Source: an uncultured Spirochaetota bacterium | GTDB lineage: Bacteria > Spirochaetota > Spirochaetia > SZUA-6 > Fen-1364 | Assembly (NCBI GenBank): GCA_963745235.1 | Contig: CAVUXE010000009.1 | Coordinates: forward strand, 32,001 to 96,000 | Length of the DNA: 64,000 nt | Direction: 5' to 3' | Shown here: piece by piece, positions 1 to 9,818 of the stretch | How the letters are laid out: each line of letters opens with the position of its first letter | How positions within the stretch are numbered: the stretch's first letter is position 1 | Position numbers and translations under genes: made by a program | The notes under the pieces: model-generated | Told to the model about the DNA's origin: nothing | The model's database searches: none | What the model saw: the letters and a program-made list of their open reading frames with translations, nothing else

Positions 1-1703
1 TGAAGGCAATCCAGAAGGAGCTGGGCGACATGGACGAGAACCAGTCCATCGTCACCGAGTACACGGAGAAGATCGAGAAGACCGGGATGCCGGAGGAGGC
101 AAGAAAGGAAGCCCAGCGGGAGCTGAAGAGGATCTCCAGCATGCCGGCGCAGGCCGCCGAGTACTCGATGATAAAGACCTACCTCGACTGGATGGTGGAG
201 CTCCCCTGGAGCACCGTCAGCGAGGACCAGCTGGACATTGCCAACGCGCGCAAGGTGCTGGATGAGGACCACTACGACCTGCAGGAAGTCAAGGATCGCA
301 TCGTCGAGTTCCTCGCCGTGCGCAAGCTCTTCAAGGAGCGCGGAATCCAGAAGGACAGGGCGGACGATGACAAGACCGCGCGCGCCATGGGCGCCATCCT
401 GTGCTTCGTCGGGCCTCCGGGGGTCGGCAAGACTTCCCTGGGCCAGAGCATTGCCCGCGCCCTGGGGCGCAAGTTCACCCGCATGAGCCTCGGCGGAATG
501 CGTGACGAGGCGGAGATCCGCGGCCACAGGCGGACGTACATCGGGTCCATGCCCGGCAGGATCATGCAGGCCATCAAGAGGGCGGGGACCAGAAACCCGG
601 TCTTCATGCTGGATGAAATCGACAAGGTGGGAAGCGACTGGAGAGGAGACCCTTCCAGCGCGCTGCTGGAGGTCCTGGACCCCGCGCAGAACGGTACCTT
701 CCGCGACCACTACCTCAACGTGGACTTCGACCTGAGCGACGTCATGTTCGTCACCACCGCCAACCAGCTGGAGCCCATTCCGGCGCCGCTTCGCGACCGC
801 ATGGAGATCATCCTGCTGGACGGGTACACGGAGCATGAGAAGGTGAAGATCGCCCAGGAGCACCTGGTCAAGCGGCAGATTGCGGCAAACGGCCTGCGGG
901 ACGGCGAGGTTGTCTTCAGCGAGGAAGCGCTTCGAAAGATCGTGCAGGACTACACCCGGGAAGCGGGTGTGCGCACGCTGGAACGCCAGATCGGCGCAAT
1001 CTGCAGGAAGAGCGTCACCAGGATCGCATCCGGAGCGCAGGCAGCCGTGGAGATCACTCCCGAGGTCGTCCGCGACTATCTGAAGAAGGAGAAGTTCGAT
1101 TCCGAGACATCGGAGACGATCGAGATCCCCGGCATAGCCACGGGCCTTGCCGTCACACCGGTGGGCGGAGACATCCTCTTCATCGAGGCAACAAGGATGA
1201 AGGGGAAAGGGGACTTCACCCTCACCGGACAGCTGGGGGACGTCATGCGGGAGAGCGCGCGCATTGCGCTCAGCTATGTCCGCTCCAAGGCCACGGAGCT
1301 GGGAGTCCAGCCGGATATCTTTGCCCAGATGGACGTTCACGTGCACGTGCCGGCGGGGGCAACCCCGAAAGACGGACCGTCGGCGGGAGTGGCCATGGTG
1401 ATGGCCATTGCGAGCCTCTTCACGGGCAGACCCGTGCGCGGGGATGTCGGGATGACGGGGGAAGTGACGCTGCGCGGACGCGTGCTGCCAATTGGCGGGG
1501 TGAAGATGAAGGTGCTGGCAGCGCACCGAGCCGGGCTGACCACGGTGATCCTCCCCAAGCGCAACGAGCGCGACCTGGAGGAGCTGCCTGAGGAGGTGAG
1601 GACCCGGATGCGGTTCGTCCTCGTGGACAGGATCGACGAGGCGCTCGCCGTGGGCCTCACTCCCGCCAGGGACCAGGCGCCGGCGGAGAAGTTGATCGCG
1701 TAG
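1..1703 (+). CDS. lon: ATP-dependent protease La, 5'-truncated by the window edge
   Basis: Walker [24 protein letters not shown], catalytic PKDGPSAG(S) and IGGVKMK; frame is open to the window start. Confidence 0.97.
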   Translation, partial: KAIQKELGDMDENQSIVTEYTEKIEKTGMPEEARKEAQRELKRISSMPAQAAEYSMIKTYLDWMVELPWSTVSEDQLDIANARKVLDEDHYDLQEVKDRIVEFLAVRKLFKERGIQKDRADDDKTARAMGAILCFVGPPGVGKTSLGQSIARALGRKFTRMSLGGMRDEAEIRGHRRTYIGSMPGRIMQAIKRAGTRNPVFMLDEIDKVGSDWRGDPSSALLEVLDPAQNGTFRDHYLNVDFDLSDVMFVTTANQLEPIPAPLRDRMEIILLDGYTEHEKVKIAQEHLVKRQIAANGLRDGEVVFSEEALRKIVQDYTREAGVRTLERQIGAICRKSVTRIASGAQAAVEITPEVVRDYLKKEKFDSETSETIEIPGIATGLAVTPVGGDILFIEATRMKGKGDFTLTGQLGDVMRESARIALSYVRSKATELGVQPDIFAQMDVHVHVPAGATPKDGPSAGVAMVMAIASLFTGRPVRGDVGMTGEVTLRGRVLPIGGVKMKVLAAHRAGLTTVILPKRNERDLEELPEEVRTRMRFVLVDRIDEALAVGLTPARDQAPAEKLIA

Positions 1704-1714
1704 CTCGCAGACCA

Positions 1715-1749
1715 CGGGCCGCTGCAAAATGCGGCGGCCCGCTTTTTTC
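1715..1749 (+). terminator. Intrinsic terminator after lon
   Basis: CGGGCCGCTGCA-aaa-TGCGGCGGCCCG stem followed by CTTTTTT. Confidence 0.8.
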
Positions 1750-1778
1750 TTGCGGGCAACGCTGCTTTGCGCTACAAT
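1750..1778 (+). promoter_or_regulatory. Putative sigma70 promoter for the small ORF
   Basis: TTGCGG-17 bp-TACAAT. Confidence 0.5.
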
Positions 1779-1815
1779 GGCCGCGACCGAAGAAGCGAAG
1801 TCAGGAAGTGAGCAC

Positions 1816-2016
1816 ATGAGCGAGCAGGAAGCCAGAAAAGTGTTTTCGCACGTCGTCTCTCTCTACAAGGTTTTTGGCGGAGACCTCCAGCAGATGTGTG
1901 CAGAGCGGGGCCTGCCGGACACGATGATGAGGAAGTTCATCGCTGAACAGAAGGCCTGGGACTGGGGCCTCGCCAAGTTCGACTGGGACGGCAGCGTCAG
2001 GAAGGACGCGAAGTAG
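1816..2016 (+). CDS. Small hypothetical protein (66 aa)
   Basis: ATG at 1816 preceded by AGGAAG and a promoter-like motif; GC3-rich coding-like codons; MSEQEARKVFSHVVSLYKVF...WDWGLAKFDWDG. Confidence 0.65.
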   Translation: MSEQEARKVFSHVVSLYKVFGGDLQQMCAERGLPDTMMRKFIAEQKAWDWGLAKFDWDGSVRKDAK

Positions 2017-2059
2017 GCTTCGATCTCCTGAGAAGCGGTTCTCGCCCCTGAGCAGGGTA

Positions 2060-2089
2060 TTGACTTCAATCCCCGGCCCTTCTTATAGT
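2060..2089 (+). promoter_or_regulatory. sigma70 promoter of tRNA-Ala/pncB
   Basis: TTGACT-18 bp-TATAGT followed by a GC-rich discriminator. Confidence 0.65.
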
Positions 2090-2121
2090 TGCGCGGTCGG
2101 TGGAGCAGCGGCTCACCCCGA

Positions 2122-2194
2122 GGGGGATTAGCTCAGTTGGTAGAGCGGCAGGTTCGCAATCTGTAGGTCGGGGGTTCGAATCCCCCATCCTCCA
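2122..2194 (+). tRNA. tRNA-Ala(CGC)
   Basis: GGGGGAT/ATCCTCC acceptor with G3:U70, anticodon loop TT-CGC-AA, GTTCGAATC T-loop; CCA not encoded. Confidence 0.95.
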
Positions 2195-2202
2195 AACCCT
2201 CC

Positions 2203-3662
2203 ATGGCGTCCAATAACGGTTCCCCCAGCCTGACTCTCCTGACGGATTTCTACGAACTCTCGATGATGCAGGGGTACTTCCTGCAGAAGGAGAATCCCGG
2301 CGTCGTCTTCGACATGTTCTTCCGCCGCCAGCCCTTTGGCGGCGGGTTTGCCGTGTTCGCGGGGCTCGAGGACCTTCTGAAGTACGTGAGCGCGCTTGCC
2401 TTCAGCCAGGAAGACCTTGCCTACCTGGAGAGCCTCGGCGCGTTCCGCCCGGAGTTCCTCGACTACCTGGCGGGGTTTCGGTTCCACGGCGACATCTGGG
2501 CCATGGACGAGGGCACCCTCGCTTTCCCCGGTGAGCCGCTGGTGCGCGTGCACGCCTCCCTCATGGAAGCGCAGCTCATCGAAAGCGCCCTGCTTGCCAT
2601 CATCAACTTCCAGACCCTCATCGCCACCAAGGCGGCGCGCGTCCGCCTGGCGGCCAACGGGGGCACGGTCATCGAGTTCGGGCTCCGCCGCGCCCAGGGA
2701 GTCGACGGCGCGCTCTCCGCCTCCCGCGCCGCATTCATCGGCGGGGCGCATGCCACCTCCAACACCCTTGCCGGAAAGAACTTCGGCATCCCCGTCCGGG
2801 GGACGATGGCCCATTCCTGGGTCATGGCGTTCGGGAGCGAGCGGGAGGCATTCGAGAAGTACGCGGAGATCTATCCCGACGGGGCGCTGCTCCTCATCGA
2901 TACCTATGACACCCTTGGCAGCGGAATCGACAACGCCATTGCAATCGGAAAAAGGCTGACGGCAGAAGGGCATCGCAATTTCGGCGTCCGGCTGGACAGC
3001 GGGGACCTGGAATACCTCAGCAAGAAGGTCCGGCAGCGCCTGGACGACGCGGGGCTCACCGAAGCGCGGATCGTCGCCTCCAACGAGCTGGACGAGAACA
3101 TCATCCACCAGCTCATCACGCAGGGAGCGCCCATCGACATCTGGGGGGTCGGCACGAACCTCGTGACCGCGGGCGGGGACCCGGCGCTGACGGGCGTGTA
3201 CAAGATCGCCGCCAGGGAGAAGGGCGGCCGTTTGGTTCCGACCATCAAGGTGTCGAACAATCCCGAAAAGGCGACCAATCCCGGCGTCAAGCAGGTCTGG
3301 CGCTTCACCAACGGCGCGAAGAGCCCTCTCGCAGACCTGATCTGCCTCGAGGATGAAGAGCCCGCCTCGGGCAAGCCCTACACGTTCCACCACCCTTCGG
3401 GGGACTATCGACGTTCGTCCTCAGCGAGTACGCTGGGATGACTCCGCTCCTCGGACTGCGAATGAAGGCCGGTGCGGTGGTGGGAGAGCTTCCGTCCATT
3501 ACCGCAATCCGCTCACATGCGGGCGAGCAGCTGGACCGCCTGGATGACACCTACAAGCGCCTCATCAACCCCCACGTGTACAAGGTCTCCCTCTCGGACA
3601 GGCTGGGCGCCCTGAAGGCGCGCCTGATGCAAGAGAACCTCGCACAGGGAAGGCACAGATGA
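2203..3662 (+). CDS. pncB: Nicotinate phosphoribosyltransferase; one frameshift near 3415, probably a sequencing indel
   Basis: LLTDFYELSM, EFGLRRAQG, GTMAHS, GVRLDSGD, KVSNNPEKATNPG; C-terminus (YKRLINPHVYKVSLS) continues in ORF 3438..3662. Confidence 0.92.
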
Positions 3663-4196
3663 TCCTGTCCGACGATACGCTGCGCAGGATGATCGCGGAG
3701 AAGAGCATCATGGTGGAGCCCTTCGAGCCCTACCAGGTCCAGCCTGCCTCCATCGACCTGCGCCTGGGCCGGCATTTCCTGAAGATCGACGAGAACACAC
3801 TGGAGAGCCTCAGCCTGGACAGCGAGCTTCCCTACGTGCAGATCGAGAAGGACGAGATCATCATCCCCCGCATTCCTTTCTCCTGGCCACGACGGTGGAG
3901 TTCATCAGCTTCCCGCCAATGTCACGGCGTTCGTCGAGGGCCGGAGCTCCATCGGCCGCATGGGGCTCTTCATCCAGAATGCGGGGTGGGTGGACCCGGG
4001 GTTCGAAGGCAACATCACCCTGGAGCTGTTCAACGCCAACCGCCTTCCTCTGCGGCTGTCCAGCGGCAGGCGCATCTGCCAGATCGTCTTCGCGTTCATG
4101 GACAAGGCCACCCGGACCCCGTACGCGGGCAAGTACCAGGGCCAGCGGGGCACGGTCGGCAGCAGGATCTTCCGGGACGTGGACCGGGCCAGGTGA
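3659..4196 (+). CDS. dcd: dCTP deaminase; frameshifted near 3870-3920
   Basis: [16 protein letters not shown] in the first frame; [39 protein letters not shown] in a later frame. Confidence 0.9.
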
Positions 4197-4197
4197 G

Positions 4198-5298
4198 ATG
4201 ATCACGCATCGCGGGCCGTTCCGTGGGTGCGGGCGCTCCCTGCCTCCTTATCGCGGAGCTGGGCACCTCCCACCAGGGGGACCGGGCCAGGGCGCGGGAG
4301 CTCATCGACGCGGCGGCGGCCGCCGGAGCGGACTGCATCAAGTTCCAGCTCGTGCACGCGGACGAGATCCTCCATCCCCTGTCGGGCATCGTCGATCTTC
4401 CCACCGGGAAGGTCGCGCTGTACGAGCAGTTCAGGCCCTGGAAAAAGCGGTCGGCTTCTACGCGGACCTCAAGAGCTACACGGAAGCCCGAGGGGTGCTC
4501 TTTCTCTGCTCGCCATTCGGGATCCGCAGCGCACGGGAGCTGAAGTCGATCGGCGTTCGGGCTCTGAAGATCGCCTCTCCGGAGCTGAACCATTTCCCCC
4601 TCCTGGAGGAGGCAGCCGGCTACGGGCTGCCGCTTTTTCTTTCCTCCGGCGTCTCCACGCTGGGAGACATCGAGCGCGCCCTTGCAATCACCGGCAGAGC
4701 CAACGTCATTCTGCTGCACTGCGTCACCGCCTATCCGGCCCCGGAAACGACTACAACCTGCGGGTGCTGGCCGGGCTGCGCGTCCGTCCTTGGCGTCGAG
4801 GTCGGCGTGTCGGACCATTCCCTGGACCCCGTGCTGGTCCCGGCGCTGGCCGTCTCGAGCGGCGCCTGCGCCGTGGAAAAGCATTTCACGCTCACTCGCG
4901 CGGGGGCCGGGCTGGACGACCCTATTGCGCTGGAGCCCGACCAGTACCGAAAGATGGTGAAGGGGGTCCGGGAAGCGGAGCAGGCGGGCCCGGAAGCCGC
5001 GCGCGCCGCGCTGGAGGAGGAGCACGGGGCGGAGCGGGTGCGCGCGGTGCTGGGAACGGGCGTGAAGGAGCTTGCCCCGTCAGAACGGGAAAACTACACG
5101 CGGACCAACAGGTCCATCCACGCGGTGAAGGCGATCCCGCGTGGCGCGCGAATCGGCCCTGGCGACGTGGCGGTGCTCAGGACCGAGAAGACGCTGCGGC
5201 CCGGGATCGGACCGGAGTTCATGCACTTGGTCGTGGGGGCAGTTGCCCGGCGGGCTGTTCCCCCCGGCGAGGGCGTGGAGTGGGCGGACCTGATTTAG
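4198..5298 (+). CDS. N-acetylneuraminate synthase family protein (NeuB/SpsE-like) with C-terminal SAF domain; several indels
   Basis: IAELGTSHQGD, ADCIKFQ, KIASPELNH, LLHCVTAYP, GVSDHS, EKHFTL, RSIHAVKAI spread over several frames. Confidence 0.85.
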   Translation: MITHRGPFRGCGRSLPPYRGAGHLPPGGPGQGAGAHRRGGGRRSGLHQVPARARGRDPPSPVGHRRSSHREGRAVRAVQALEKAVGFYADLKSYTEARGVLFLCSPFGIRSARELKSIGVRALKIASPELNHFPLLEEAAGYGLPLFLSSGVSTLGDIERALAITGRANVILLHCVTAYPAPETTTTCGCWPGCASVLGVEVGVSDHSLDPVLVPALAVSSGACAVEKHFTLTRAGAGLDDPIALEPDQYRKMVKGVREAEQAGPEAARAALEEEHGAERVRAVLGTGVKELAPSERENYTRTNRSIHAVKAIPRGARIGPGDVAVLRTEKTLRPGIGPEFMHLVVGAVARRAVPPGEGVEWADLI

Positions 5299-5414
5299 GG
5301 GGCCGTAGCTGCGGTGCGCACCTCCTACGGATGCGCCTCTCGTCCCTCCATGGACTCGGCGCACCTCCTGACGGGTTGCCGCAACTTTTCCAAACTGCTA
5401 CACTGCCGTCTGAG

Positions 5415-5861
5415 ATGATCAATTTAAAAGATTACATTGCGCGGGAGCGCATCGCTTTTCTCGCGGCCCGCGACAAGCAGGATGCGCTCGCCAAGCTCAT
5501 CGAGCTTTCCGACGACCCGCGGCATGTCATCGACTTCGAGCAGTTCCAGAACGCCGTCCTGGACAGGGAATACATCGTCACCACAGGAATCGGCCAGAAC
5601 GTCGCCATCCCGCACATCAAGAGCAGGTGGGTGAAGGACTTCTTCATCACCATCGGGATCTTTCGCGACGGGGTTGAATGGCAGTCCCTGGATGAGAAGC
5701 CGGTGCACCTGGCGTTCCTGATCGCGGGTCCAGAAGAGCATGAGAATTACCTGCGCATACTTGCGAAGCTCACCCTCATCATCCGCAACAAGGAAAAGCG
5801 CAGGGCAATCATCCACGCGGAAACAACCGACGCGGTCTACAAGCTCCTGGAAGACTCCTGA
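5415..5861 (+). CDS. Stand-alone PTS EIIA protein (fructose/mannitol/Ntr type)
   Basis: DREYIVTTGIGQNVAIPH (phospho-His), GVEWQSLDEKPVHLAFLI. Confidence 0.88.
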   Translation: MINLKDYIARERIAFLAARDKQDALAKLIELSDDPRHVIDFEQFQNAVLDREYIVTTGIGQNVAIPHIKSRWVKDFFITIGIFRDGVEWQSLDEKPVHLAFLIAGPEEHENYLRILAKLTLIIRNKEKRRAIIHAETTDAVYKLLEDS

Positions 5862-5901
5862 GAGACCCGCGTCCAAGAACAATTGAATCTGGAAGGAGTG
5901 A

Positions 5902-6969
<1,068 letters not shown>

Positions 6970-6990
6970 ACAGATCGATCTCTTGAGAAA

Positions 6991-7020
6991 GAAAAACCCG
7001 CCGGTCGCGGGGTTTTTTTA
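6991..7020. terminator. Bidirectional terminator between gap and the sulfurtransferase
   Basis: AAAAACCCGC-cggtc-GCGGGGTTTTTTT hairpin with A and T tracts on either side. Confidence 0.8.
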
Positions 7021-7860
7021 TCTTTCGATGGGCGCGCCCACCACGTTCCCGTACTCCGTCCAGCTGCCATCGTAGTTCTTCGCCGTATCGATTCCCAGGA
7101 GATACTTGAGGACGAACCAGGTGTGGCTCGAGCGCTCGCCGATGCGGCAGTAGGCAACCACCGGCTTCTTCGGGTCTATCCCTGCTTTCTTGAAGTAGAT
7201 CTCCGCCAGCTCATCCGGGGATTTGAACCTGCCGTCCTTGTCCACGGCGGTGCTCCAGGGAACGCTGGCCGCTCCAGGGATGTGCCCGGCGCGCTGAGCC
7301 GTCTCGCTCATGCCCGGCGGCGCAATGATTTTCCCGGAATACTCGTCGGGGCTCCTCACGTCGACCAGGTTCGCGTTGGGCTTTCCGCTCATTTTCATCA
7401 CCTCGGAGAGGCGGGCCCGCAGGGCCTCGTTGGGAGGCTTGGCGGCGTAGGTGACGGCCGGGAACGACGGTTTGTCCGTGGTAAAAGGCTTGTCCTGCTC
7501 GTTGAGCCATTTCTGGCGTCCGCCGTTCATGAGCTTCACGTTCTCATGGCCGTAGATCTTGAACAACCAGAAGCCGTAGGCCGCGAACCAGTTGTTGTTG
7601 TCCCCGTAGAGCACAACGGTGTCTTTCGGCGAAATCCCCGCGCCACCAAGGAGCTTCTCGAAGCTCTGGCGGTTGATGATGTCCCGATTCAGCTGGTCCT
7701 GCAGGTCCTTTTGCCAGTTGAACCCCACGGCGCCCGGGATGTGTCCGGCGTCATACGCCTGCAGGTCTACGTCCACTTCGACGAGCCTGATCCCCGGCTT
7801 TCCGATATTCTCCTTCACCCAGTCGGTCTCGACGAGAACCTCGGGATGAGCATATTGCAT
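7018..7860 (-). CDS. Two-domain rhodanese/thiosulfate sulfurtransferase
   Basis: GHIPGA twice, DVRSPDEY, active-site loop YCRIGER, NYDGSWTEY. Confidence 0.93.
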   Translation of the reverse strand: MQYAHPEVLVETDWVKENIGKPGIRLVEVDVDLQAYDAGHIPGAVGFNWQKDLQDQLNRDIINRQSFEKLLGGAGISPKDTVVLYGDNNNWFAAYGFWLFKIYGHENVKLMNGGRQKWLNEQDKPFTTDKPSFPAVTYAAKPPNEALRARLSEVMKMSGKPNANLVDVRSPDEYSGKIIAPPGMSETAQRAGHIPGAASVPWSTAVDKDGRFKSPDELAEIYFKKAGIDPKKPVVAYCRIGERSSHTWFVLKYLLGIDTAKNYDGSWTEYGNVVGAPIER

Positions 7861-7876
7861 GGAATCCTCCTTCTCT

Positions 7877-8845
7877 CTATGCGATGGCTGCCTCTGCAAG
7901 GCCTTTTACATGCTTTGCCAGATGCTCGACGTACTTGAAAAGTCCGTCGGGAAAAATCATGACCCCCAGCCCGCGGATGCCCTTCCCCACGGCGCGAAGC
8001 GCGCCCTCCAGGATGAGACCCGAGCTCGGTCCTGCCAGAAGTCCCTCCTGGCGGCACAGGTCGAGCACCCGGGTGTAGGCCAGCTCAAAGGGTATTTCCA
8101 CGATTTCATCAATGAGGGTCGGGTCGTACAGGGCGCTCACGTCCAGCTCCGATACGTTGCGCAAACCCGGAATGTCGTGGCCTTCCGATGGCTGCACGGC
8201 AATGACCTTGATGTCGCGGTTTTTCTCCTTGAGAAATCGGCTGGTTCCCGAAACGGTCCCGCAGGTGCCCAGCGACACGAAAAGGTGGGTGATCTTTCCC
8301 TCTGTCTGGCGCCAGATCTCGGGACCCGTGGTGCGGAAGTGCGCGGCCGCGTTCTGCTGGTTCTCGTACTGGTTGGGCATCACGTAGCGGTCCGGCTGCG
8401 CCTTTGCGTGAGTCTTTGCAAGGTTGATCGTACCGCCGCCGTTCTGCCCCGGCATGGGGCACAGCGCGTCAGGTACCACGTCCAGCTCGGCGCCAAGGAT
8501 CCTCAGAATGGCCTTCTTCTCGTCGGGAATCCTCTCCGGGACGACCGCCCGAACAGGATGCCCCAGCGCGGCCCCGAGAGCCGCAAGGCTGATTCCTGTG
8601 TTCCCCGAGGTGGGCTCGACAATTCCCTTGCCGTTTCCGAGCTCGCCGCGTTCCTCGAGGTCTCGCAGCATCTGGTATGCGGCCCGATCCTTGACGGAAC
8701 CGAAGGGGTTCATCCATTCGAGCTTGGCATAGAGGGGAAACCCGGCCTCGTGAGCGAGGCGATTGAGGCGAACCATCGGTGACGGGTTTGCCTCATCAGG
8801 AAGCATCTCAACGATGCTGTCATAAACGCGTTTGGCATGATTCAT
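7877..8845 (-). CDS. PLP-dependent cysteine synthase family protein (CysM/CysK-like)
   Basis: KLEWMNPFGSVKDR, EPTSGNTG, NQYEN, TTGPEIW, GTCGT, EGLLAGPSSG. Confidence 0.9.
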   Translation of the reverse strand: MNHAKRVYDSIVEMLPDEANPSPMVRLNRLAHEAGFPLYAKLEWMNPFGSVKDRAAYQMLRDLEERGELGNGKGIVEPTSGNTGISLAALGAALGHPVRAVVPERIPDEKKAILRILGAELDVVPDALCPMPGQNGGGTINLAKTHAKAQPDRYVMPNQYENQQNAAAHFRTTGPEIWRQTEGKITHLFVSLGTCGTVSGTSRFLKEKNRDIKVIAVQPSEGHDIPGLRNVSELDVSALYDPTLIDEIVEIPFELAYTRVLDLCRQEGLLAGPSSGLILEGALRAVGKGIRGLGVMIFPDGLFKYVEHLAKHVKGLAEAAIA

Positions 8846-8934
8846 GACTATTCCGATCTGTTATGGAAAATACTGATGGGAGTGGGTGCTCGTCAAAACT
8901 AGCGGCAAACTGCGCCGGCTCGCTGCCGAACGGA

Positions 8935-9789
8935 TCACTGCCAGAAAAGGATGATCTCAGCCCCGGACGCCAACTCGAGCAGATCCGAAGCGTTTCCGCC
9001 GTTCACGCCTATCTCCAGGAGGTTGTCGCTGCCGATGTAGGCGAAGGGCGTGCCGACGGGAACCGAGCCAAAGGTGTGCTCAAGAGGCAGCTCACGGCCA
9101 TTTCCCAGCCGAAGTCGCACGCGAGAGGCCGGAAGAATCAACGGCGCGCAGACGGACACCCAGGGGTCCAGTCGGACCACGTCACCTGATCGAACGAGCG
9201 CCCCGATGCTGGTGACCATGTTGCCGAAGCCGTCCGCATGGAGCGCCTCCCCGCGAACAGGGCCCCGAGGTCCGTCGCTGGAAAGGCGAGGCAGGGATAT
9301 CCTGACGAGATTTCGGGCAGGCGGACCCAGCCTGGCGATGTCCATTCCCCGGGCAAGGAGGGCCGCAGCGGGGGCAAAAACATCTCTGCCATGGAAAGTG
9401 TTGCTGTGAGGGCGAGACCCGGGCCCGAGCAGATCTTCCAGGCGGGAAATCTCGAAGGCCTTCGCGTCAAGGCGGCCTTCCAGCATGTAGGTGAATATTC
9501 CGTTGTCCGGGCCGACGCAGGAGAACCCTTCGCAGCGGACGGCAAGCGGCCGGCGGGCAGTCCCGACACCCGGATCCACCACGGCAAGGAAGACGGCGCC
9601 TCGCGGCATGTGGTGAAACGCCTGCCAGAGGCGGAACGCGGCCTGGCGAATGTCTCCCGGAGGTATTTCGTGGGTCAGGTCGATGAGTCGGGCCCGGGGC
9701 GCAATTCCGGAGATAACGCCTTTCATCACCCCTGCGTATACATCGCGCGAGCCGAAATCGCTGAGGAGCACGACACAGGTGTCCTGCAT
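8935..9789 (-). CDS. SAM hydroxide adenosyltransferase / chlorinase family (DUF62)
   Basis: LLSDFG, AVVDPGVGT.R, GPDNG, TFHGRDVFAP, DGFGN, LEIGVNGG. Confidence 0.92.
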   Translation of the reverse strand: MQDTCVVLLSDFGSRDVYAGVMKGVISGIAPRARLIDLTHEIPPGDIRQAAFRLWQAFHHMPRGAVFLAVVDPGVGTARRPLAVRCEGFSCVGPDNGIFTYMLEGRLDAKAFEISRLEDLLGPGSRPHSNTFHGRDVFAPAAALLARGMDIARLGPPARNLVRISLPRLSSDGPRGPVRGEALHADGFGNMVTSIGALVRSGDVVRLDPWVSVCAPLILPASRVRLRLGNGRELPLEHTFGSVPVGTPFAYIGSDNLLEIGVNGGNASDLLELASGAEIILFWQ

Positions 9790-9818
9790 GGCCAAATCGC
9801 CTTTCACTATCGTCAAAC

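Noticed and set aside
3400-4760. Frameshifts in pncB, dcd and the neuB-like gene read as pseudogenes
   Set aside because: Motifs are intact across frames with no other sign of decay, and the indels are clustered; consistent with long-read assembly error
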